Shown piece after piece: positions 24,551 to 37,800 of a stretch of 64,000 nt of DNA. Position 1 is the first letter of the stretch, and the number at the start of each line of letters is the position of its first letter. Source of the DNA: Eledone cirrhosa. Its lineage: Eukaryota. Where the stretch lies: contig OZ024740.1 in the NCBI GenBank assembly GCA_964016885.1, positions 137,454,001 through 137,518,000 on the forward strand, read 5' to 3'. The notes beneath the pieces are model-generated. The model did no database searches. It was not told where the DNA came from and was given only the letters and a program-made list of their open reading frames with translations. Position numbers and translations under genes: made by a program.

Positions 24551-27500
24551 TCTCTTTCTCTTATCACTTTTCTCTCAATCTCCAATTCTCTCTTTCTCTT
24601 ATCACTTTTCCCCCAAACTCCAATTCTCTCTTTCTCTTCTCACTTTTCTCTGAATCTCCAATTCTCTCTTTGTCTTCTCACTTTTCTGTCAATCTCCAAT
24701 CCTCTCTTTCTGTTCTCAGTTTACCCCCTATCTCCAATTCTCTCTTTCTCTCATCACTTTTCTCTCTATCTCCAATTCGCTCTTTCTCTTATCACTTTTC
24801 TCTCAACTCCAATTCTCTCTTTCTCTTATCACTTTTCCCCCATCTCCAATTCTCTCTTTCTCTTATCACTTTTCTCTCAATCTCCAATTCTCTCTTTCTC
24901 TTATCACTTTTCTCTCAATCTCCAATTCTCTCTTTCTCTTATCACCTTTCTCTCAATCTCCAATTCTCTCTTTCTCTTATCACTTTTCTCTCAATCTCCA
25001 ATTCTCTCTTTCTCAAATCACTTTTCTCTCAATCTCCTATTCTCTCTTTCTCTTATCACTTTTCTCTCAATCTCCAATTCCCTCTTTCTCTTATCACTTT
25101 TCTCTCAATCTCTAATTCTCTCTTTCTCTCCTCACTTTTCTCTCAATCTCCAATTCTCTCTTTCACTTATCACTTTTCTCTCAATCTCCAATTCTCTCTT
25201 TCTCTTATCACTTTTCCCCCAATCTCCAATTCTCTCTTTCTCTTCACACTTTTCCCCCAATCTCCAATTCTCTCTTTCTCTTATCACTTTTCCCCTAATC
25301 TCCAATTCTCTCTTTCTCTTATCACTTTTCTGTCAATCTCCAATTCTCTCTTTCTCTTATCACTTTTCTCTCAATCTCCAATTCTCTCTTTCTCTTCTCA
25401 CTTTCTCCCCAATCTCCAATTCTCTCTTTCTCTCATCACGTTTCTCTCAATCTCCAATTCTCTCTTTCTCTCCTCACTTTTCTCTGAATCTCCAATTCTC
25501 TCTTTATCTTCTCACTTTTCTCTCAATCTCCAATCCTCTCTTTCTATTCTCAGTTTACTCCCAATCTCCAATTCTCTCTTTCTCTTATCACTTTTCTCTC
25601 AATCTCCAATTCTCTCTTTTTCTTATCACTTTTCCCCCAATCTCCAATTCTCTCTTTCTCTCATCACTTTTCTCTCAATCTCAAATTCTCTCTTTCTCTT
25701 ATCACTTTTCTCTCAATCTCCAATTCTCTCTTTCTCAAATCACTTTTCTCTCAATCTCCAATTCTCTCTTTCACTTATCACTTTTCTCTCAATCTCCAAT
25801 TCTCTCTTTCTCTTATCACTTTTCCCCCAATCTCCAATTCTCTCTTTCTCTTATCCCTTTTCTCTCAATCTCCAATTCTCTCTTCATTTTCTCACTTTCC
25901 CCCAATCTCCAATTCTCTCTTTCTCTTCACACTTTTCCCCCAATCTTCAATTCTCTCTTTCTCTTATCACTTTTCCCCCAATCTCCAATTCTCTCTTTCT
26001 CTTATCACTTTTCTCTCAATCTCCAATTCTCTCTTTCTATTATCACTTTTCTCTCAATCTCCAATTCTCTCTTTCTCTTCTCACTTTTTCCCCAATCTCC
26101 AATTCTCTCTTTCTCTTCTCACATTTTCCCCAATCTCCAATTCTCTCTTTCTCTCATCACGTTTCTCTCAATCTCCGATTCTCTCTTTCTCTCCTCACTT
26201 TTCTCTGAATCTCCAATTCTCTCTTTATCTTCTCACTTTTCTCTCAATCTCCAATCCTCTCTTTCTATTCTCAGTTTACTCCCAATCTCCAATTCTCACT
26301 TTCTCTTATCACTTTTCTCTCAATCTCCAATTCTCTCTTTCTCTTATCACCTTTCCCCCAATCTCCAATTCTCTCTTTCTCTTATCTCTTTTCTCTCAAT
26401 CTCCAATTCTTTCTTTCTCTTATGACTTTTCCCCCAATCTCCAATTCTCTCTTTCTGTTATCAATTTTCTCTCAATCTCCAATTCTTTCTTTCTCTTATC
26501 ACTTTTCTCTCAATCTCCAATTCTCTCTTTCACTTATCACTTTTTTCTCAATCTCCAATTCTCTCTTTCTCTTATCACTTTTCCCCCAATCTCCAATTAT
26601 CTCTTTCTATTGTCACTTTTCTGTCAATCTCCAATTCTCTCTTTCTCTTATCACTTTTCTCTCCATCTCCAATTCTCTCTTTCTATTATCACTTTTCTCT
26701 CAATCTCCAATTCTCTCTTTCTCTTATCACTTTTCTCTCAATCTCCAATTCTCTCTTTCTCTTATCACCTTTCTCTCAATCTCCAATTCTCTCTTTCTCT
26801 TATCACTTTTCTCTCAATCTCCAATTCTCTCTTTCTCAAATCACTTTTCTCTCAATCTCCTATTCTCTCTTTCTCTTATCACTTTTCTCTCAATCTCCAA
26901 TTCCCTCTTTCTCTTATCACTTTTCTCTCAATCTCTAATTCTCTCTTTCTCTTATCACTTTTCTCTCAATCTCCAATTCTCTCTTTCACTTATCACTTTT
27001 CTCTCAATCTCCAATTCTCTCTTTCTCTTATCACTTTTCCCCCCAATCTCCAATTCTCTCTTTCTCTTATCACTTTTCTCTCACTCTCCAATTCTCTCTT
27101 TCTCTTATGACTTTTCCCCCAATCTCCAATTCTCTCTTTCTCTTATCCCTTTTCTCTCAATCTCCAATTCTCTCTTTCTTTTCTCACTTTTCCCCCAATC
27201 TCCAATTCTCTCTTTCTCTTCACACTTTTCCCCCAATCTCCAATTCTCTCTTTCTCTCATCACTTTTCTCTCAATCTCCAATTCTCTCTTTCTCTTATCA
27301 CCTTTCTCTCAATCTCCAATTCTCTCTTTCTCTTATCACTTTTCTCTCAATCTCCAATTCTCTCTTTCTCAAATCACTTTTCTCTCCATCTCCAATTCTC
27401 TCTTTCTATTATCACTTTTCTCTCAATCTCCAAGTCTGTCTTTCTCTTATCACTTTTCTCTCAATCTCCAAATCTCTCTTTCTCTTCTCACCTTTCCCCC

Positions 27501-28860
27501 AATCTCCAATTCTCTCTTTCTCTAATCACTTTTCCCCCAATCTCCAATTCTCTCTCTTTCTCTTATCACTTTTCTCTCAATCTCCAATTCTCTCTTTCTC
27601 TTATCACTTTTCCCCCAAACTCCAATTCTCTCTTTCTCTTCTCACTTTTCTCTGAATCTCCAATTCTCTCTTTGTCTTCTCACTTTTCTGTCAATCTCCA
27701 ATCCTCTCTTTCTGTTCTCAGTTTACCCCCTATCTCCAATTCTCTCTTTCTCTCATCACTTTTCTCTCTATCTCCAATTCGCTCTTTCTCTTATCACTTT
27801 TCTCTCAACTCCAATTCTCTCTTTCTCTTATCACTTTTCCCCCATCTCCAATTCTCTCTTTCTCTTATCACTTTTCTCTCAATCTCCAATTCTCTCTTTC
27901 TCTTATCACTTTTCTCTCAATCTCCAATTCTCTCTTTCTCTTATCACCTTTCTCTCAATCTCCAATTCTCTCTTTCTCTTATCACTTTTCTCTCAATCTC
28001 CAATTCTCTCTTTCTCAAATCACTTTTCTCTCAATCTCCTATTCTCTCTTTCTCTTATCACTTTTCTCTCAATCTCCAATTCCCTCTTTCTCTTATCACT
28101 TTTCTCTCAATCTCTAATTCTCTCTTTCTCTTATCACTTTTCTCTCAATCTCCAATTCTCTCTTTCACTTATCACTTTTCTCTCAATCTCCAATTCTCTC
28201 TTTCTCTTATCACTTTTCCCCCAATCTCCAATTCTCTCTTTCTCTTCACACTTTTCCCCCAATCTCCAATTCTCTCTTTCTCTTATCACTTTTCCCCTAA
28301 TCTCCAATTCTCTCTTTCTCTTATCACTTTTCTGTCAATCTCCAATTCTCTCTTTCTCTTATCACTTTTCTCTCAATCTCCAATTCTCTCTTTCTCTTCT
28401 CACTTTCTCCCCAATCTCCAATTCTCTCTTTCTCTTCTCACATTTTTTCCAATCTCCAATTCTCTCTTTCTCTCATCACGTTTCTCTCAATCTCCAATTC
28501 TCTCTTTCTCTCCTCACTTTTCTCTGAATCTCCAATTCTCTCTTTATCTTCTCACTTTTCTCTCAATCTCCAATCCTCTCTTTCTATTCTCAGTTTACTC
28601 CCAATCTCCAATTCTCTCTTTCTCTTATCACTTTTCTCTCAATCTCCAATTCTCTCTTTTTCTTATCACTTTTCCCCCAATCTCCAATTCTCTCTTTCTC
28701 TCATCACTTTTCTCTCAATCTCAAATTCTCTCTTTCTCTTATCACTTTTCTCTCAATCTCCAATTCTCTCTTTCTCAAATCACTTTTCTCTCAATCTCCA
28801 ATTCTCTCTTTCACTTATCACTTTTCTGTCAATCTCCAATTCTCTCTTTCTCTTATCACT
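22790..28860. repeat. Tandem duplication, period 3002 bp (79 monomers), overlapping the end of the 6570-bp duplication
   Basis: ORF pairs 23420/26422, 23608/26610, 24105/27107 and 24670/27672 (offset 3002 = 79x38). TTCATTTTCTCAC is at 22881 and 25883. The second copy has one extra monomer near 28420-28450. Confidence 0.92.
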
Positions 28861-31860
28861 TTTCCCCCCAATCTCCAAATCTCTCTTTCTCTTATCCCTT
28901 TTCTCTCAATCTCCAATTCTCTCTTTCTTTTCTCACTTTTCCCCCAATCTCCAATTCTCTCTTTCTCTTCACACTTTTCCCCCAATCTCCAATTCTCTCT
29001 TTCTCTTATCACTTTTCCCCCAATCTCCAATTCTCTCTTTCTCTTATCCCTTTTCTCTCAATCTCCAATTCTCTCTTTCTCTTATCACTTTTCCCCCAAT
29101 CTCCAATTCTCTCTTTCTCTCATCACTTTTCTCTCAATCTCCAATTCTCTCTTTCTCTGATCACTTTTCCCCCAATCTCCAATTCTCTCTTTCTCTTATC
29201 CCTTTTCTCTCAATCTCCAATTCTCTCTTTATTTTCTCACTTTTCCCCCAATCTCCAATTCTCTCTTTCTCTTCACACTTTTCCCCCAATCTCCAATTCT
29301 CTCTTTCTCTTATCACTTTTCCCCTAATCTCCAATTCTCTCTTTCTCTTATCACTTTTCTGTCAATCTCCAATTCTCTCTTTCTCTTATCACTTTTCTCT
29401 CAATCTCCAATTCTCTCTTTCTCTTCTCACTTTCTCCCCAATCTCCAATTCTCTCTTTCTCTTCTCACATTTTTTCTAATCTCCAATTCTCTCTTTCTCT
29501 CATCACGTTTCTCTCAATCTCCAATTCTCTCTTTCTCTCCTCACTTTTCTCTGAATCTCCAATTCTCTCTTTATCTTCTCACTTTTCTCTCAATCTCCAA
29601 TCCTCTCTTTCTATTCTCAGTTTACTCCCAATCTCCAATTCTCTATTTCTCTTATCACTTTTCTCTCAATCTCCAATTCTCTCTTTTTCTTATCACTTTT
29701 CCCCCAATCTCCAATTCTCTCTTTCTCTCATCACTTTTCTCTCAATCTCAAATTCTCTCTTTCTCTTATCACTTTTCTCTCAATCTCCAATTCTCTCTTT
29801 CTCAAATCACTTTTCTCTCAATCTCCAATTCTCTCTTTCACTTATCACTTTTCTCTCAATCTCCAATTCTCTCTTTCTTTTCTCACTTTTCCCCCAATCT
29901 CCAATTCTCTCTTTCTCTTCACACTTTTCCCCCAATCTCCAATTCTCTCTTTCTCTTATCACTTTTCCCCCAATCTCCAATTCTCTCTTTCTCTTATCCC
30001 TTTTCTCTCAATCTCCAATTCTCTCTTTATTTTCTCACTTTTCCCCCAATCTCCAATTCTCTCTTTCTCTTCACACTTTTCCCCCAATCTCCAATTCTCT
30101 CTTTCTCTTATCACTTTTCCCCTAATCTCCAATTCTCTCTTTCTCTTATCACTTTTCTGTCAATCTCCAATTCTCTCTTTCTCTTATCACTTTTCTCTCA
30201 ATCTCCAATTCTCTCTTTCTCTTCTCACTTTCTCCCCAATCTCCAATTCTCTCTTTCTCTTCTCACATTTTTTCCAATCTCCAATTCTCTCTTTCTCTCA
30301 TCACGTTTCTCTCAATCTCCAATTCTCTCTTTCTCTCCTCACTTTTCTCTGAATCTCCAATTCTCTCTTTATCTTCTCACTTTTCTCTCAATCTCCAATC
30401 CTCTCTTTCTATTCTCAGTTTACTCCCAATCTCCAATTCTCTCTTTCTCTTATCACTTTTCTCTCAATCTCCAATTCTCTCTTTTTCTTATCACTTTTCC
30501 CCCAATCTCCAATTCTCTCTTTCTCTCATCACTTTTCTCTCAATCTCAAATTCTCTCTTTCTCTTATCACTTTTCTCTCAATCTCCAATTCTCTCTTTCT
30601 CAAATCACTTTTCTCTCAATCTCCAATTCTCTCTTTCACTTATCACTTTTCTGTCAATCTCCAATTCTCTCTTTCTCTTATCACTTTTCCCCCCAATCTC
30701 CAAATCTCTCTTTCTCTTATCCCTTTTCTCTCAATCTCCAATTCTCTCTTTCTTTTCTCACTTTTCCCCCAATCTCCAATTCTCTCTTTCTCTTCACACT
30801 TTTCCCCCAATCTCCAATTCTATCTTTCTCTTATCACTTTTCCCCCAATCTCCAATTCTCTCTTTCTCTTATCCCTTTTCTCTCAATCTCCAATTCTCTC
30901 TTTCTCTTATCACTTTTCCCCCAATCTCCAATTCTCTCTTTCTCTCATCACTTTTCTCTCAATCTCCAATTCTCTCTTTCTCTGATCACTTTTCCCCCAA
31001 TCTCCAATTCTCTCTTTCTCTTATCCCTTTTCTCTCAATCTCCAATTCTCTCTTTATTTTCTCACTTTTCCCCCAATCTCCAATTCTCTCTTTCTCTTCA
31101 CACTTTTCCCCCAATCTCCAATTCTCTCTTTCTCTTATCACTTTTCCCCTAATCTCCAATTCTCTCTTTCTCTTATCACTTTTCTGTCAATCTCCAATTC
31201 TCTCTTTCTCTTATCACTTTTCTCTCAATCTCCAATTCTCTCTTTCTCTTCTCACTTTCTCCCCAATCTCCAATTCTCTCTTTCTCTTCTCACATTTTTT
31301 CCAATCTCCAATTCTCTCTTTCTCTCATCACGTTTCTCTCAATCTCCAATTCTCTCTTTCTCTCCTCACTTTTCTCTGAATCTCCAATTCTCTCTTTATC
31401 TTCTCACTTTTCTCTCAATCTCCAATCCTCTCTTTCTATTCTCAGTTTACTCCCAATCTCCAATTCTCTCTTTCTCTTATCACTTTTCTCTCAATCTCCA
31501 ATTCTCTCTTTTTCTTATCACTTTTCCCCCAATCTCCAATTCTCTCTTTCTCTCATCACTTTTCTCTCAATCTCAAATTCTCTCTTTCTCTTATCACTTT
31601 TCTCTCAATCTCCAATTCTCTCTTTCTCAAATCACTTTTCTCTCAATCTCCAATTCTCTCTTTTACTTATCACTTTTCTCTCAATCTCCAATTCTCTCTT
31701 TCTTTTCTCACTTTTCCCCCAATCTCCAATTCTCTCTTTCTCTTCACACTTTTCCCCCAATCTCCAATTCTCTCTTTCTCTTATCACTTTTCCCCCAATC
31801 TCCAATTCTCTCTTTCTCTTATCCCTTTTCTCTCAATCTCCAATTCTCTCTTTCTTTTCT
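28200..31860. repeat. Alternating 1027-bp (27-mer) and 798-bp (21-mer) units forming an 1825-bp HOR
   Basis: The T of the marker CCCCTAATC is at 28298, 29325, 30123 and 31150 (spacings 1027, 798, 1027). CTCTGA of the marker CTCTGATCAC ends at 29160 and 30985 (offset 1825). A further partial copy lies at ~34.2-35.1 kb. Confidence 0.88.
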
Positions 31861-34800
31861 CACTATTCCACCAATCTCCAATTCTCTCTTTCTTTTCACA
31901 CTTTTCCCCCAATCTCCAATTCTCTCTTTCTCTTATCACTTTTCCCCCAATCTCCAATTCTCTCTTTCTCTTATCCCTTTTCTCTCAATCTCCAATTCTC
32001 TCTTTATTTTCTCACTTTCCCCCAATCTCCAATTCTCTCTTTCTCTTCACACTTTTCCCCCAATCTTCAATTCTCTCTTTCTCTTATCACTTTTCCCCCA
32101 ATCTCCAATTCTCTCTTTCTCTTATCACTTTTCTCTCAATCTCCAATTCTCTCTTTCTATTATCACTTTTCTCTCAATCTCCAATTCTCTCTTTCTCTTC
32201 TCACTTTTTCCCCAATCTCCAATTCTCTCTTTCTCTTCTCACATTTTCCCCAATCTCCAATTCTCTCTTTCTCTCATCACGTTTCTCTCAATCTCCAATT
32301 CTCTCTTTCTCTCCTCACTTTTCTCTGAATCTCCAATTCTCTCTTTATCTTCTCACTTTTCTCTCAATCTCCAATCCTCTCTTTCTATTCTCAGTTTACT
32401 CCCAATCTCCAATTCTCTCTTTCTCTTATCACTTTTCTCTCAATCTCCAATTCTCTCTTTCTCTTATCACTTTTCCCCCAATCTCCAATTCACTCTTTCT
32501 ATTATCACTTTTCTCTCAATCTCCAATTCTCTCTTTCTCTTATCACCTTTCCCCCAATCTGCAATTCTCTCTTTCTCTTATCTCTTTTCTCTCAATCTCC
32601 AATTCTTTCTTTGTCTTATGACTTTTCCCCCAATCTCCAATTCTCTTTTTCTGTTATCAATTTTCTCTCAATCTACAATTCTTTCTTTCTCTTATCACTT
32701 TTCTCTCAATCTCCAATTCTCTCTTTCACTTATCACTTTTTTCTCAATCTCCAATTCTCTCTTTCTCTTATCACTTTTCTCTCAATCTCCAATTCTCTCT
32801 TTCTCTTATCACTTTTCCCCCAATCTCCAATTCTCTCTTTCTATTGTCACTTTTCTGTCAATCTCCAATTCTCTCTTTCTCTTATCACTTTTCTCTCCAT
32901 CTCCAATTCTCTCTTTCTATTATCACTTTTCTCTCAATCTCCAATTCTCTCTTTCTCTTATCACTTTTCTCTCAATCTCCAATTCTCTCTTTCTCTTATC
33001 ACTTTTCTCTCCCTCTCCAAGTCTGTCTTTCTCTTATCACTTTTCTCTCAATCTCCAAATCTCTCTTTCTCTTCTCACTTTTCCCCCAATCTCCAATTCT
33101 CTCTTTCTCTAATCACTTTTACCCCAATCTCCAATTCTCTCTCTTTCTCTTATCACTTTTCTCTCAATCTCCAATTCTCTCTTTCTCTCATCACTTTTCT
33201 CCCAAACTCCAATTCTCTCTTTCTCTTCTCACTTTTCTCTGAATCCCCAATTCTCTCTTTGTCTTCTCACTTTTCTGTCAATCTCCAATCCTCTCTTTCT
33301 GTTCTCAGTTTACCCCCTATCTCCAATTCTCTCTTTCTCTCATCACTTTTCTCTCAATCTCCAATTCTCTCTTTCTCTTATCACTTTTCCCCCATCTCCA
33401 ATTCTCTCTTTCTCTTATAACTTTTCTCTCAATCTCCAATTCTCTCTTTCTCTTATCACTTTTCTCTCAATCTCCAATTCTCTCTTTCTCTTATCACTTT
33501 TCTCTCAATCTCCAATTCTCTCTTTCTCAAATCACTTTTCTCTCAATCTCCTATTCTCTCTTTCTCTTATCACTTTTCTCTCAATCTCCAATTCCCTCTT
33601 TCTCTTATCACTTTTCTCTCAATCTCTAATTCTCTCTTTCTCTTATCACTTTTCTCTCAATCTCCAATTCTCTCTTTCACTTATCACTTTTCTCTCAATC
33701 TCCAATTCTCTCTTTCTCTTATCACTTTTCCCCCCAATCTCCAATTCTCTCTTTCTCTTATCACTTTTCTCTCACTCTCCAATTCTCTCTTTCTCTTATG
33801 ACTTTTCCCCCAATCTCCAATTCTCTCTTTCTCTTATCCCTTTTCTCTCAATCTCCAATTCTCTCTTTCTTTTCTCACTTTTCCCCCAATCTCCAATTCT
33901 CTCTTTCTCTTCACACTTTTCCCCCAATCTCCAATTCTCTCTTTCTCTTATCACTTTTCCCCCAATCTCCAATTCTCTCTTTCTCTTATCCCTTTTCTCT
34001 CATTCTCCAATTCTGTCTTTCTTTTCTCACTTTTCCCCCAATCTCCAATTCTCTCTTTCTTTTCACACTTTTCCCCCAATCTCCAATTCTCTCTTTCTCT
34101 TATCACTTTTCCCCCAATCTCCAATTCTCTCTTTCTCTTATCACTTTTCCCCCAATCTCCAATTCTCTCTTTCTCTTATCCCTTTTCTCTCAATCTCCAA
34201 TTCTCTCTTTCTCTTATCACTTTTCCCCCAATCTCCAATTCTCTCTTTCTCTCATCACTTTTCTCTCAATCTCCAATTCTCTCTTTCTCTGATCACTTTT
34301 CCCCCAATCTCCAATTCTCTCTTTCTCTTATCCCTTTTCTCTCAATCTCCAATTCTCTCTTTATTTTCTCACTTTTCCCCCAATCTCCAATTCTCTCTTT
34401 CTCTTCACACTTTTCCCCCAATCTCCAATTCTCTCTTTCTCTTATCACTTTTCCCCTAATCTCCAATTCTCTCTTTCTCTTATCACTTTTCTGTCAATCT
34501 CCAATTCTCTCTTTCTCTTATCACTTTTCTCTCAATCTCCAATTCTCTCTTTCTCTTCTCACTTTCTCCCCAATCTCCAATTCTCTCTTTCTCTTCTCAC
34601 ATTTTTTCCAATCTCCAATTCTCTCTTTCTCTCATCACGTTTCTCTCAATCTCCAATTCTCTCTTTCTCTCCTCACTTTTCTCTGAATCTCCAATTCTCT
34701 CTTTATCTTCTCACTTTTCTCTCAATCTCCAATCCTCTCTTTCTATTCTCAGTTTACTCCCAATCTCCAATTCTCTCTTTCTCTTATCACTTTTCTCTCA

Positions 34801-37800
34801 ATCTCCAATTCTCTCTTTTTCTTATCACTTTTCCCCCAATCTCCAATTCTCTCTTTCTCTCATCACTTTTCTCTCAATCTCAAATTCTCTCTTTCTCTTA
34901 TCACTTTTCTCTCAATCTCCAATTCTCTCTTTCTCAAATCAGTTTTCTCTCAATCTCCAATTCTCTCTTTCACTTATCACTTTTCTCTCAATCTCCAATT
35001 CTCTCTTTCTTTTCTCACTTTTCCCCCAATCTCCAATTCTCTCTTTCTCTTCACACTTTTCCCCCAATCTCCAATTCTCTCTTTCTCTTATCACTTTTCC
35101 CCCAATCTCCAATTCTCTCTTTCTCTTATCACTTTTCTCTCAATCTCCAAATCTCTCTTTCTCTTCTCACTTTTCCCCCAATCTCCAATTCTCTCTTTCT
35201 CTTATCACTTTTCTCCCAATCTCCAATTCTCTCTTTCTATTATCACTTTTCTCTCAATCTCCAATTCTCTCTTTCTCTTATCACCTTTCCCCCAATCTCC
35301 AATTCTCTCTTTCTCTTATCACTTTTCTCTCAATCTCCAATTCTCTCTTTCTCTTATGACTTTTCCCTCAATCTCCAATTCTCTCTTTCTCTTATCACTT
35401 TCCCCCAATCTCCAATTCTCTCTTTCTATTATCACTTTTCTCTCAATCTCCAATTCTCTCTTTCTCTTATCACTTTTCTCTCCATCTCCAATTCTCTCTT
35501 TCTCTTATCACTTTTCTCTCAATCTCCAAATCTCTCTTTCTATTCTCACTTTTCCCCCAATCTCCAATTCTCTCTTTCTCTTCTCACTTTTCCCCCAATC
35601 TCCAATTCTCTCTTTCTCTCATCACTTTTCTCTCAATCTCCAATTCTCTCTTTCTCTTATCACTTTTCTCTCAATCTCCAATTCTCTCTTTCTCTTATCA
35701 CTTTTCCCCCATCTCCAATTCTCTCTTTCTCTTATCACATTTCTCTCAATCTCCAATTCTCTCTTTCTCTTATCACTTTTCCCCCTAATCTCCAATTCTC
35801 TCTTTCTCTTATCACTTTTCTCTCACTCTCCAATTCTCTCTTTCTCTTATGACTTTTCCACCAATCTCCAATTCTCTCTTTCTCTTATGGCTTTTCTCTC
35901 AATCTCCAATTCTCTCTTTCTTTTCTCACTTTTCCCCCAATCTCCAATTCTCTCTTTCTCTTCACAATTTTCCCCCAATCTCCAATTCTCTCTTTCTCTT
36001 ATCACTTTTCCCCCAATCTCCAATTCTCTCTTTCTCTTATCCCTTTTCTCTCAATCTCCAATTCTCTCAATCTCCAATTCCCTCTTTCTCTTATCACTTT
36101 TCTCTCAATCTCTAATTCTCTCTTTCTCTCATCACTTTTCGCTCAATCTCCAATTCTCTCTTTCTCTTATCACTTTTCCCCCAATCTCCAATTCTCTCTT
36201 TCTCTTATCACTTTTCTCTCAATCTCCAATTCGCTCTTTCTCTTATCACTTTTCCCCCAATCTCCAATTCTCTCTTTCTCTTATCACTTTTCTCTCACTC
36301 TCCAATTCTCTATTTCTCTTATGACTTTTCCCCCAATCCCCAATTCTCTCTTTCTATTATCAATTTTCTCTCAATCTCCAATTCTTTCTTTCTCTAATCA
36401 CTTTTCCCCCAATCTCCAATTCTCTCTTTCTGTTATCAATTTTCTCTCAATCTACAATTCTTTCTTTCTCTTATCACTTTTCTCTCAATCTCCAATTCTC
36501 TCTTTCACCTATCACTTTTTTCTCAATCTCCAATTCTCTCTTTCTCTTATCACTTTTCTCTCAATCTCCAATTCTCTCTTTCTCTTATCACTTTTCCCCC
36601 AATCTCCAATTCTCTCTTTCTATTGTCACTTTTCTGTCAATCTCCAATTCTCTCTTTCTCTTATCACTTTTCTCTCCATCTCCAATTCTCTCTTTCTATT
36701 ATCACTTTTCTCTCAATCTCCAATTCTCTCTTTCTCTTATCACTTTTCTCTCAATCTCCAATTCTCTCTTTCTCTTATCACTTTTCTCTCCATCTCCAAG
36801 TCTGTCTTTCTCTTATCACTTTTCTCTCAATCTCCAAATCTCTCTTTCTCTTCTCACTTTTCCCCCAATCTCCAATTCTCTCTTTCTCTAATCACTTTTC
36901 CCCCAATCTCCAATTCTCTCTCTTTCTCTTATCACTTTTCTATCAATCTCCAATTCTCTCTTTCTCTCATCACTTTTCCCCCAAACTCCAATTCTCTCTT
37001 TCTCTTCTCACTTTTCTCTGAATCTCCAATTCTCTCTTTGTCTTCTCACTTTTCTGTCAATCTCCAATCCTCTCTTTCTGTTCTCAGTTTACCCCCTATC
37101 TCCAATTCTCTCTTTCTCTCATCACTTTTCTCTCAATCTCCAATTCGCTCTTTCTCTTATCACTTTTCTCTCAACTCCAATTCTCTCTTTCTCTTATCAC
37201 TTTTCCCCCATCTCCAATTCTCTCTTTCTCTTATCACTTTTCTCTCAATCTCCAATTCTCTCTTTCTCTTATCACTTTTCTCTCAATCTCCAATTCTCTC
37301 TTTCTCTTATCACTTTTCTCTCAATCTCCAATTCTCTCTTTCTCAAATCACTTTTCTCTCAATCTCCAATTCTCTCTTTCTCTTATCACTTTTCTCTCAA
37401 TCTCCAATTCCCTCTTTCTCTTATCACTTTTCTCTCAATCTCTAATTCTCTCTTTCTCTTATCACTTTTCTCTCAATCTCCAATTCTCTCTTTCACTTAT
37501 CACTTTTCTCTCAATCTCCAATTCTCTCTTTCTCTTATCACTTTTCCCCCCAATCTCCAATTCTCTCTTTCTCTTATCACTTTTCTCTCACTCTCCAATT
37601 CTCTCTTTCTCTTATGACTTTTCCCCCAATCTCCAATTCTCTCTTTCTCTTATCCCTTTTCTCTCAATCTCCAATTCTCTCTTTCTTTTCTCACTTTTCC
37701 CCCAATCTCCAATTCTCTCTTTCTCTTCACACTTTTCCCCCAATCTCCAATTCTCTCTTTCTCTTATCACTTTTCCCCCAATCTCCAATTCTCTCTTTCT

